DNA of 62,127 nucleotides from Thermoanaerobaculia bacterium (GTDB lineage Bacteria > Acidobacteriota > Thermoanaerobaculia > Gp7-AA8): NCBI GenBank assembly GCA_036387915.1, contig DASVSV010000208.1, forward strand, positions 1 to 62,127, read 5' to 3'. The notes below the pieces were generated by a model. The model did not search any database. It saw only the letters and a list, made by a program, of their open reading frames with translations, and was not told the DNA's origin. Both the position numbers and the translations under genes were made by a program. Shown one piece after another: positions 36,001 to 48,000 of the stretch (positions within the stretch are counted from its first letter, which is position 1; every line of letters starts with the position of its first letter).

Positions 36001-39000
36001 AGGTAATCGGTGCCGTACGCGACCAGGTCGGCGAAGCGGTGGCCGCCGATGCCCAGCCCCTGCGAGCGGATGTACCGCGGCGCGGCCGGCGTGGAGACGT
36101 CGTAGATGTGGACGCGCGCGTCGTTGTGCCAGTCCCACTCCGCGGTGAAGGCGTAGCCGTCGATCAGCTCGACGGCGCTCTCCGAGCCGCTGGGATTGCC
36201 GTTCGCGGCGTAGGTCGGCACGGAGGCGGGGTCGGCGAGGTCGAGCAGGACCAGGCGTTCGGCAGCGACGTAAGCCCAGTTGTTCCGCACGGCCACGTCG
36301 TAGACGTTGCCCGCGCCGGTGCCGAGCGTGCGCTTGTAGACGGGGTTGGCGCGCGTGCTGACGTCGAAGAGCACCAGCTTGTCGGACGCGTTGAGAGCCG
36401 GGAAGCTGGCCACGATGACGTGGTCGCCGCCGGTGGCGACGTTGCGGGCCATGAAGTTGGCGTCGGTGTTCGACGTCGGAATCACGACGCTGCGCGACTG
36501 CGCGCCGAACGGCACGCGGCCGGCGACGAGCGGTCCGTTGACCTTGGCGAACGTGTCGGTGGCCTTGACGGTGATGGTGTCGTAGGCCGCGGCCTCGAGG
36601 ACGGCAGTGAAGCTGCCGTCGCTCTGCACGGTGGCCGTGACGGCCGCGCCGCTCCTGGCGTTGCGGACTTCGGCGGCAATCGGCATCGCGCCGCCGATGG
36701 CCTGCGCGGCGCCGGTCACGGTGACGCTGGTACCGGTCAGCGACAGCGAGATGCGGGAGAGGTTGATCGACGGCGCAACCTGCACCGGCACGAGGGCCAG
36801 TCCGAGCTCGTTCGCGACGTAGAGGTACGGGCCGACGATCGACACGTCGAAGGCGTTGCCGGTGACGGCGTTCGTTCCGACGTGAGCCGGCGCCGCTGGA
36901 GCGCCGACGTCGATCGTGGCCACGCCCGCCGCGCCGGCCGCGGCGAAAGCGTCGTTGCCGGCCACGGTCACGCCCGGCGCCGCGGCGGGAATGGCAACGG
37001 TGCCGGAGACGCGCGGCGCGGCGGGATTGGAGAGGTCGACGACGACGAACTGATTCGAGGAGAGACTGCCGACGTAGAGGTTCGTCCCCACGATCGTGCC
37101 GCGGAAGCCGTCGAAGTTCGGGACGTCGAGCTGCGACACGAGCTTGAGGTTCTGCACGTCGCGGCGGTCGATGACCACCACGTCCCGTCCGACGTTGCCC
37201 GGGCGGTCGTAGCTGACGCCGATCAGGTAGTCGCTGCCGAACGCGATCAGATCGCTGAAGCGCGTGCCGCCGATGCCCATCCCCTGCGAGCGCAGGTAGC
37301 GCGGCACGGACGGCACGGAGACGTCGTAGATATGGAGGCGGGCGTCGTTGTGCCAGTCCCACTCCGCGGTGAAGGCGTAGCCTCCGGCCAGTACGACGGC
37401 GCTCTCGCTGCCGCTCGCATTCGCGTTCGCGAGCACGGGCACGGCGGCCGGGTCGTCGAGCTTCAGAGTGGCGAAGCGGTCGGCGGCGATGTACGCCCAA
37501 CCATTCGAAACGACCACGTCGCGGACGAAGCTGATGCCGAGGTTGACGGTGCGGAGATGCGCCGGGCGTGCGACGTCGCTGACGCTGAGCGTGACCACAG
37601 TCGGGCTGCCGCCGTTGCTGGTGGGATAGCTGGCGACGGCCGCGTAGGCTCCGTCGCGCGAGAAGGTACGCGGCAGGAACGCCGCGTCGACGGCCCACTC
37701 GCTCTTGGCAATCTGCGACGGCGTGGAGGTGCCGTTCGTCAGCGTGCCCACGGTCAGCAGCGTGGACTCGAGCGCGTAGAAGTTCGCGTCGCGCGCCTTG
37801 AGCGTGATGGTCTCGCCCGCGCTGCCCTGCACCGGCACCGCGAAAGAGCCGTCCGCACCGACGGCCACGTTGTAGACGTTGCCGGAGGTGGTGTTCGTGG
37901 CGAAGACGGTGACGGGCGCGTCGAGGTCGATGACCGCGCCGGCTGCGCCGATGACGGCGGAGCCGGTGGCGGTCTGCTGCAGGGTGATCAGCGCCGCGTT
38001 GACCGCGGGCGGCGCCTGGTTGTTGCCGAGGAGCACCGAGGGCGCGTCCTTGTCGATGGTGGTGGTGGTCTCGACGAGGTCGATCACGTCGAGGCGCGCG
38101 TTGCGAAGCTTGACGCCGGCGAACCGGTGCAGGCCGCGCAGCGGCTGGCCGGCGGCCGCGGTCAACGCGTTGGCGGCAACGTCGACGGTGAGGGTTTTGT
38201 TGTCGTTGCTGACGATCGGCCAGCTCTTCGTGCGGTCATAGTTGGCGACGACGCGCACTCCTTCGAGCTGGTTCTGTCCCGGATAGCTCGCATTCGCGTC
38301 GCGCACAAAGGCCGTCCCGACTTCGGTCGCGGTGGAGTAGCCGATCGTCGAGAGCCGCGTGTGGCGCGAGGTTGCACGCGTGCCGTTGTCGACGATCAGG
38401 TCGCCCAGCGCCGCGTTGTCGGCCTTGAGGTAGACCGTGCCGGGCGCGCCGACGGTGCTGACGGCGTTCGACTGCGGAGCGAGGGCGGTGATCTTCGCCT
38501 GCGGGATGGAGAGGGTGCCGTAGTAAAGAGCGATGCGGCCGCCGCCGCCGGAGGCTCCGCTGACGCCGATGCCGCCGTCCGCGTGGATCTCGCCCGCGCC
38601 TTCGATGACGTCCGCGTCGACGCGGATGCTGCCGCCGGCGCCTGCGCCGTCAGCCGCCTCGCCGTTCGCGAGGATCTTGCCGTCAACGACGATGCGCGTC
38701 GCGGCGATGCGGGCCACGCCGCCGCCCGACTTGCAGAGCGAGCAGGAGCCGGTGCCGCTCATCGCACCCGCGGAGCCCGGCGCGTTCGGGTTGACCGCGG
38801 AGCCGTACGTCGCGCCGAGGGTGGCGGTGGCGACGGCCAGTCCGCCCTGACCGGCGTGGCTGCCGCCGGAGAGGTTGGTGGCGCCGCCGGTGAGAGTCGG
38901 CTTGCCGGTCGTCGAGTCGTAAGTGGTTCCGACGCCGCCGACGACGCCGGTCAGGCCGCGGATGGAGACGTCGATCATCGACAGCGGGTCGATGGTGATG

Positions 39001-42000
39001 GTCTGGTCGACGTCGACGTTCAGGCGATTGATCAGCGTGCTGGTGGCGCGCGAGTGCGTGAGGTTGGCGCCGGTCCGCAGGGCCAGGTTGCGGGCCATGA
39101 GCGTGCCGTTCACTTCGACGATGCCGCCGTTCTCGATCGCGACGTCGCCCGCGGAATGCACGAGCGGCGTGCGGATGATGCCGTTCGTGCCGCCGGTGAA
39201 CGACGGCGCGGAGAGCGCGGTGCTCTGCAGGATCGCGCCGCCGCGGGCGGTGATGCGGTCCGCGCGGACGATGCCTCGATACGCGACGCCCGCGGACGCG
39301 GCGACGTTGCCGTTGACGGTGACGCCGTTCGTGCTGCGCGCGGTGACCTCGTGCTCTTCGGTGACGTCGCCGTTCGCGTCGAGCAGCTGGATGCGCGTCC
39401 CTTCGACGTCGAACGGAACCGCGTTCGAGAGCGTCAGCGTGTTGCCCGAGACGGCGGTGACGGTGCCGGCGCCGGCGTGCAGGAGCGTGGTGCCGTTCAG
39501 CGTGACGCGGCCGAGGTTGTCGGCCACGAGCTCGTTGGAGACCTTGGCGCCGTTCGCGTCGAGGCGGTGGTAGTAGACGGTGCCGCTCGCGCCGGCCAGC
39601 GTGCCGGAAGCCTGCAGCGACGCGGCGCTGACTTTGGCGGTCGACAGTGAGAAGTCGCGATAGTAGAAGGCGATGCGGCCGCCGCCGCCGGAGGCGCCGC
39701 TGCCGTTGATGCCGCCGTCGGCGCGGATCTGGCCGCCGCCGCGAATGACCGGCGCGTCGATGCGGATCGAGCCGCCGGCGCCGGAGGCGTCGTCCTGCTG
39801 CCCGTTGGCCTGGATGCTGCCGTCAACGTGCACCGTGCCGGCGGTGATGCGCACGACGCCGCCGCCCGCGCGGCAGGCCGCGCAGGTCGTGGAGCTCGAG
39901 CTGCCCGCGCCGCCCGGCTCGTCCGGATCGAACATCGACCCGTAAACCTCGGCCACGTTGCCGGCGGTGTTCGCCGTGCCCGCACCGCCATGGCTGCCGC
40001 TGGAGCGCCCGGTCGCGCCGCCGGTGAGAGTCGGCTTGCCGGTGGCCGGGTCGTACGTGTAGGCGGTCCCGCTCACGTTGCCGGTGATGCCGCGCGAGTT
40101 GACGTCGATCGCGCCGGTGCAGGAGACGTAGACCGCGCCCGTGGCGGTGAACGTCAGGCGATGCACGTTCGTCGCGTCGGTGGCGGGATGCGTGACCAAC
40201 GCGCCGTCGAGCACGACCAGCCGCTCGAAGGTGTGCGCGCCGACGATGGTCGTGACGCCCGCGCGGACGATCACGGTCTTGTTGTCGAACGACGTGTCGT
40301 TCGCGGCGATGGTGGTGTTCGCGGAGATGACGGTGCCGGTGACGACGCTGAACGTCGTGGCCACGCTCTCCTGCGAGCCGGCCGCGTTGGTGGCGACGGC
40401 GCGCACGTTGTACGTGGTGCCGGCCACCGCGTCCGCCGGGATGGTGAACGTGGTTTCGTAGTGGCTGGTCAGGCCGGAGACGCCCGTGGCCAGGACCGGC
40501 GTCGTGGAGTCGCCGATGAACATCTCCACTTTCTGGATGCCGTTCGAGGCGTTGCCGACCGTGTTGCCGACCGCGAAGACACGCAGCTTGACCGGATAGC
40601 CGGCCGGGTAGATCGAGTTCGGTGTGGCGCAGACGAAGTTGATCGACGGCGCGTTCGGGTCGGTGTTCGGCTGGATGCGGATGTCGACCGACGGGCTGCT
40701 GGTGTTGCCCTCGTAATCCTTCGCGATGACGGTCAGCGGACGGGTGACGATCTCGGTGCCGTCGACCGGCGGCACGGGCACGGTGACGGTGTACTGCGAG
40801 CCGGTCCAGGTCATCGGAACCTGCGCGCCGTCGCCGATCTGCAGCACGACGCTCTTCACGCCGACTTCCACGTCATTGACGGTGGCGCGCACGAGGATGG
40901 TGTTGCCCGTGCCTTCGTTGAAGAGCGTGTTGGCCGCGGGCTGGGTGATGGTCACGGCCGGCGCGACGGTGTCCTTGATGATCTGCACGGCCAGCTGCTG
41001 CGTCGTCGACGGACGTCCCGGGTATCCATCCTCGGCCACGAGATCGAAGACGAGGTTCTGTCCGCCCGGCGTCGTGTTCGGCACGGCGAAGGTGAACTTG
41101 CGGTCGACCACCGTCGGAGCGTTCAACGTAACGGTCTGCGACTGCGGGCTGGTCGGAACGATCGAGCTGGTCAGGGTCAACTTGTTGACCTTCACGTCGT
41201 CGTGCGCGGAGATCGTGACGGTGACGTTGTTGCCCGGATAGAACGACATCGGCGCGGCCTCGAACTTGTCGATGACCACCGGTGCGTTCGCGGCCACCGT
41301 GTACGTGACCGGCGCGAGCTGCGTGGTGCGGCCGGCGCGATCGCGCGCGCTCAGCGTGAGCGTGGCCGGGCCGATCACGGCGTCGGCCGGAACGGTGAGG
41401 CTCGTGTTCGAGGTCGGCGCGGTGGGATAGCTGAAGTGCGCGTCGACGCGGTCCGGCGTGACCGGGCTCCACGAGGCGGTGACGGAGCCGATGCCGGCAG
41501 CCGAGGTGACGGCGTAGTTGAGGCCGAGCGTGCCGCCCTGGTGAACGGTGCCGCCGGCGACCGGCGCGGTGGTGGCGGTGAGGACCGGGACGTCGTTCTT
41601 CAGGACCAGCACCGCGGTCGGGTCGATGACGGCCGCGGTGCGGTTGTCGGTGGCGCCGTTGATCTCGATCGACGCGTCGGCGCGGACGAGAGCGCGCTGT
41701 CCCAGGACGACGCGGTCGAAGCGCAGCGTGCCGGAAAGCGGGGTCGGACGGGTGAGGTGGACCGAGGCCGGGAAGCGGTCGTCGTACGCGGAGACGAACA
41801 GCTCGCCGAGGGACTGGCCGGGGCGGCGGACGTAGATCGTGCCGGCGCCACCGTCGAGGTACGCCGCGGCTTCGGCCGTCGTGTCGTTGCGGCCGCCGCG
41901 CGATTGGACCTGCACGCCGACGCTTTCGACGTCGAAGCGCTCCGACGCGTTGATGGCCACGCGGCCGCCGCCCGCGCCGCGGGAGTTGTTCGGGCTGCCG

Positions 42001-45000
42001 TCGTCGTCGCCGCCGTTCGCGGTGATGCGCGCTGAGATGCCGGTGACGAGCTGCGCGACCGTCACGTTGACGCTGCCGCCCGCGCCGGCATTGCCGTCGC
42101 CGGCGCGCGGGTTGCCGTCGGCGCGGATCGCGCCGGCGATGGAGAAGACGCTGCCCTGCAGCTTGACCGCGCCGCCGCCGGATGCGCCGGCGTTGCCGCT
42201 GTTCACGCCGCCGCCACCACCCGTGCCGAGGTCGGCCGGGTTGGTGATGGAGCCGTAGACGGCGTTCGTCACGCCGGTGGTGTTGGCGGTCTCACCGCCC
42301 ACGCCGGCGTGCGACGCGGAGGCGTACGTGCTCGGTCCGCCTTCGCTGGTATTGCCGGCGGTGCGTCCGCGCTGGTCGTTGTTCTTCAGGCCCGTGCCGT
42401 CGGCGCTGGTGGCCCAGCCGCCGAGGTAGCCGCGGCCGCTGACGTCGATCGCGGAGGCGCAGTCGACGGTCAGGTTGTTCGTGACGTTGAGGTCGAGACG
42501 ATGCTCGGTGGTGGTCGTCGTCGGCAGCGTCTCCACGCGGCCGCCGTCGAGCACGAGCAGGTTCCTGAGCGTGAGCGGCACGTGCGGGATGAACTTCGCC
42601 GTGGCGCCGCGCACGAGGATGGTCTTGCCGGTGTACGTCGAGGCATCTGCCGCGGTGACGGCCTGGATGCGGTTCTCGACGGTGAGGTCGACGTCGACCA
42701 GCTCGAGCGGGATGTTGATGGTGAGGTCGTGGGACGGATTGGCGTCGCTGATCGTGACGGTCAGCGCGTACGGCGTGCCGGCGGCCGGCGTCGTGATCGT
42801 GGCCGTGGCCTCGAAGATGTCGGTCGAGCCGACGCGCAGCGCGGGCACCGGGTTGGCGACGCCGGGGATGGTGAACTTCACGCCGGTGACGGAGATGTCG
42901 TCCGTGGCGCGGGCCTGCAGCTTCAGCGCGAAGGTCGCGTTCGCGGGATACGCGGCGCGCTCGGCGGGGCACGCCCACGCGCCCTTCGGCACGGTCGGGT
43001 CGTTCACGCCGATGTACACGACCTCGGTGCTGCGCGAGATCACGTTGTTGTCGTAGTCCTTCACCGTGACGGTGATGGGGATGACGGTGTCGACGTTCTT
43101 GGCCGGGACGGTGATCTGTCCCGAGGCCACGGCCCATGTGCCGTTGCTGCTCTTGACGAAGAGCGCGTTGCCAGGCGTGACGCGGATGGTCTGGTTGTCG
43201 AACGAGAACGCCACTTCGGCGACGCCGGTCTCGAGATCCTTGACCACCGTCGAGATCTGGAACTTGTCGCCGATGCGGTACTCGGTCTGCGCGGCGGGCG
43301 AGAAGGTGATGATCTCCGGCGCGACGGTGTCGAGCGTGAGGTCGAGCTCCGCGAGGTCCTCGGCCTTGAGGCCGCGCACGTCGGTGACGATGGCCTTGAA
43401 CGCGACCTTCGTGCCGCTCTGCAGTTGCGGGACGAGGTCGAAGTCGAAGCTGGCCGTCGGCCACGGGTCGTTGACCTTGACGCGGGTCATGTTCTTCGTC
43501 TGCGTGGCCACGAACGGCGTGCCGTCGCGCTTCGTGCCGCGCGCTTCGATCTGCAGCGCGGCGAACGTGCCTTCGTCCTCGAAGGTGACGGTGGCCAGGG
43601 CGTGGTTGCCGGCGTAGATCGAAGTCGGCGGTGCGAGGGTGATGGCGACGTTCTTCGGCGCGGCGTTCGGCTTGACCTGCCAGGTGATCGAGGACGGGTC
43701 GCCTTCGTTGCGCGAGTGGTCGGTGGCGACGGCGCGCAGCGTGAGCGTGGTGCCTCCGCCGGTGGTGTCGGGCGCGACGAACTTGTACGTCCACGGCGCG
43801 GCGGACGCGGTGTAGATGTACGTCGACGTGCTGCCGTCGACCTTGAAGTAGTCGACCTTGGCGACGTCGGTCGCGGTGGTGCCGGCGGCGGTGCCGTTGC
43901 GCACGTCGACGCCGAGCGTGTACTCGACGCCGGAGATCAGCGGGAACTCCGCGGGCACCGGCGAGACGAAGTTCACGAACGGCTTGACGAGGTCGTAGGA
44001 GAAGAAGTGGAAGGTCTGCGTCGCGGCCGGGTTGCCCTGCAGGTCTTTCACGCCGGAGATGACGACGCGGTAGAACGACTCCTGCTCGATCTCTTCGTTC
44101 GGCGTGAAGAAGAGGGTCAGGCCATGCGCCGGATCGAGGAACGTGTTGCCCTGTTTCTCGGCGACGACCGTGCCGCCCGCACCGGCCGCGCTGATCTTGT
44201 AGAAGCGCAGCTGGCCGGGCTCGATCGGCTCGTTCCAGCGGAACTCGAACGTGGTCGCGGGCTGCAGCGCCTGCGTCACGGCCGGGACCACCTTGACGAC
44301 CTGCGGCTCGGCGTAATCGGAGGTGATGAAGCTCGCGCCGCGCGGCGCGGGGAGCTTGTTGCCGGTCAGGTCGCGGACCTCGCCGGAGACGACGATGCGG
44401 TAGAGCGTGTTGCTCTTCAGCGGGAACTTCTGCCCCGCGGGCGCGGCGGGCGGCGTGGCGATGACGGTGAACGTGCCGTCGGCGTTGACCGAGGAGACGA
44501 ACGACGTCGAGACCGGCGTCGTGCTGTCGGCCGGGATGAGCTGCAGGTAGTTGGTGTTGAGATAGGTCGACTGAATGCGCTCGCTGAAGATGAGGCGCAC
44601 CGACGAGTCGGGCGAGACGTTGCTGGCGTTGTTCGCCGGGAAGATGCTGACCACGGTCGGCGGCGTGGCGTCGAGCTTCACGTTCGGCGCGTTGACGGTC
44701 TTCGAGGCGTCGCCGAGGGCCACGTTGACGGTCTGGCGGGCGCCGACGGTGACGTCGTTCGGGCCCATGTAGGTCAGCGTGACGGTGGTGCTGGTGGGGA
44801 TGCCGTTGAAGACGTAGCGGCCGCCCGAGTCGGTGAGCATCTCCAGCACGCGGCTGGAGAACGAGGCGATGACGCGCGTGCCGATCGACGGCCCGCCCGC
44901 TTCCGCTTCGACGTAGCCCGCCACCGCGGCGTACGCGCCGAGGGTTACGGTGACGCTGGCCGCGGTGGTCTGGCTGGCGAGGGTGGTGCTGGCCGAGCCG

Positions 45001-48000
45001 GAGAAGGCGTTGTCCTGCGAGACGACCTGCACGTACGCGGCGCCGAGCGGGATGCCGCGCGCCGTGGCCAGGCCAGTGGCGTCGGTGTAGACGATCACGC
45101 TCTTGCTGCCGCCCGAGACCGTGACCTTGGCGTTGACGGACGGCGTTGCGCCCTGCACGACGCGCACGTCGACGGTGCCGTGCGCCGGAAGCACGAGCTT
45201 CAGCGGATCGGCCGCGGAGCCCTTCGGGAACTTGCCGGTCGTGTTGATGGTGCGCTGCTCGCCGCCGATTTCCTTGACGACGATCGAGTAGGTCTCGTTC
45301 TCCAGCACGCCCTGCATCTGGAAGTTGTTGCCCTGCAGCTCGCGCAGGAAGTCGTCGTTGCGCTGGCGCACTTCCATGCTCACCACCGGCGCGAGGACGT
45401 TCGAGTTGCCGCCGGTGTCGTTCGGCAAATAGACGGACGCATGCAGCGTCTCGATCGGCTCGAGCTCCAGCGTGACGAACGGATTCGGATCGGACTGCGA
45501 GAGGTTGCGCGAGGCGAATGCGCGGCGATTGGTGAGCGTGTCTTTCGCCTCGAGCTTGAAGATGCCTTCGCGCACGCCTTCGAAGAGGAAGACGCCCGCG
45601 GTGTCGGTGCTGGCGCGGGTCTGGAACGCGGTCATCGACAGCGTGACCGGCGCGCCCGGCACGCCGCGGCCGGCGGCTTCGGGGTCGGACAGCTTGCCGT
45701 CGACGCGGCCGCTGAACTCGAGCACCACTTCCCTGTCGGCGCCGGTGAGGTTGACGACCGTGAACTGGCCCGTGCCGCCCGACTTGCCGAGGGCCTTGGA
45801 GTACGCGGTGATCTTGTACAGCGTGCCGACCGGCACTTCGGCGAAGCGGATCACGCCGTTGCCGTCAGTCGTACCGAGGTCGAACACGTCACGATCGCGG
45901 ATCAGCGTCACCTCGGCATTCGCAACGCCGGCGTTCTGCGCGTTCGGGTCGACGACGCGGACGGTGACGGGACCGAAGCCGGTCGCGCCGATGCCGACGT
46001 ACGCGGTGATGTGCTCCCCTTCCTGCGAGAGCGTGCCGGTCCAGGTGCCGCGGATATCCTGGTTGGCCGGATCGGCGGCGGTGATGCGGAGCGGTCCGGT
46101 GAAGACGTTGCTGAAGCGGAAGCGGCCGGCGATGTCGGTCGTCTGCCAGTCTCCGGCCTTGCCGAAGTCGCGCAGCGGGAAGTCGAGCTCTTTGAGCGCG
46201 AAGTTCGCCAGCGGCACCGGCGCGTTGTCGGAGAGGTCGTTCGGCGTGTTGTCGACGACGTTGTTCGCGGAGTTCTGCGGGTCGAAGACTTTGTAGCCGG
46301 CGTAGACGACGCGGCCGTCGATCGAGCCCTGCGTGCGCATGATCACGGCGATGTTGCTGACCGGGCCGCCGAGGCTGGGCGTGTTGCCGGTTGCGAGGCC
46401 GGTGCGGTAGACGCCGTCCTGCGTGATGTCGGCGATGACGCGGAAGCCGACGCCCGCGGCCACGTTCTTGAACTCGAAGCTCCCGTCCGGCCGCGAGGTA
46501 AAGATGCCCGGATTCTGCCGGCCGTCCTCGATGCGCACGGCCGCACCCGGGATCGGCGTGCGCCCGTCGACGGCGTAAATCACGCCGCTCACGGTGGAGA
46601 GCTTGTTGAGCTGCAGGGTGATGGTGGCGACGTCGCCGTCGAAGCCGAGCTTCGTGCTGTTCGAGGCGTAGCCGTACACCGGATGCGCGCTGGAGGCGGT
46701 GAAGTTCTGCAGCGCCGGGACCTTGTCGAAGGTCGCGAAATCGGGCTGCCCGTTGACGGCCGTCGAGGCGCTGCGCGTCTTCGGCGCCAGCCCCTGCGTC
46801 TCTTCTTCCCACGCCGGATAGACGAGGGAGACGTCGCCGATCAGGTCGATGTCGGCGGCGAGCTTCGTGCGCACTTTGCCCTGGCCGGGCAGACGCAGCG
46901 TGAGCGACGCCACGTGACCGTTGAACTCGACTTTGGCGCTGCCGGTCGCGGTCTGGTCGCCGTATGTGCCGTTGCCGTCGCCGATGGCCCAGACGGTGGT
47001 CGTGCCGCCGACGGCGACGTCCTTCAGCTCGTATACGCCGCCGCTCTTCTCTTCGAGCGGCGTCGGGCCAAGGGGCGGAAAGCCGGGCTCGATGACGCGG
47101 AAGCCGGAGACGGCCGAGCCGGCCGCGTTGAGCAGCTTCACGCGCACGGTGCCGGTGCCGTAGCCGTCCGCGGTGGAGATGAAGATGGGGACGAAGTTCG
47201 TGACCTGCGGGTTGAGCTGCGGCACGAACACGGTCGCCGAGCGGGTGGTGATGGGGTCGTACGCGGCGATCTTCTTGCCGGCGAACGAGGTCGGGATGGA
47301 CGGGAAGACGAAGTGTCCGTTCGCGTCCGCCGTCGTGGCCTGCGCGCCTTCGATCTTCACCAGCGCGCCCGGGACGCGTTCGTACTTTGACGTGTCGCCG
47401 GGGAAGAGCGGGTTCTCGCGCGTGACGTCCCCTTCCACGACCACCAGCGCCTCGGCCGGCTTGACGTTGAGGATGAGCGTGAGCTCGCGCGTCTCGTCGG
47501 CGGCCAGGTCGAAGTCGAGCGCCGTGGCTTCGCGCGAGACGTTCCACTCCGCGGCCAGCACGGTCACGAAACCGGCCGGTACTTTCGTGAACGTGAAGCG
47601 GCCCGACGTGTCGGTGTAGCCGTCGACGAGTCCGTAGCCCTGCGTGTAGACGCCGACGCGCGCGTTGGCGACGACGCCGTTCGTGTCGCTGCGGCGCACG
47701 ACCCCGCCGATCGTGGCGATGCCGGGATGCGGGCGGCGATAGATGGAGAGGTCGCGCACGAGGCGCTGCCCCGGCGTCTTGATCTCCGACGCGGCGAACG
47801 TGACGTTGCCGTCGGCGTCGGTCGCGCTGAACGTCAGCGGTCCGACCGGAAGGTCGGTCACGGAGTAGCGGCCGTTCGCGTCGGTGGTGGTCTGGCGGAA
47901 CTGGTCGAACATCGTGCTGCCGACCACGACGCGCGCTTCCTTCACCACTTCGCCGTTGTCGTACCGCACGACCCCCTCGGCGCTGCCGCGTCCGAGGAAG

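Noticed and set aside
33102-42677. The possibility that the periodic DNA repeats are a CRISPR array or a satellite.
   Set aside because: The periods are 1,140-1,224 nt. The copies are diverged and lie in frame within one long ORF that encodes complete protein modules. There are no short identical repeats with unique spacers and no cas genes.
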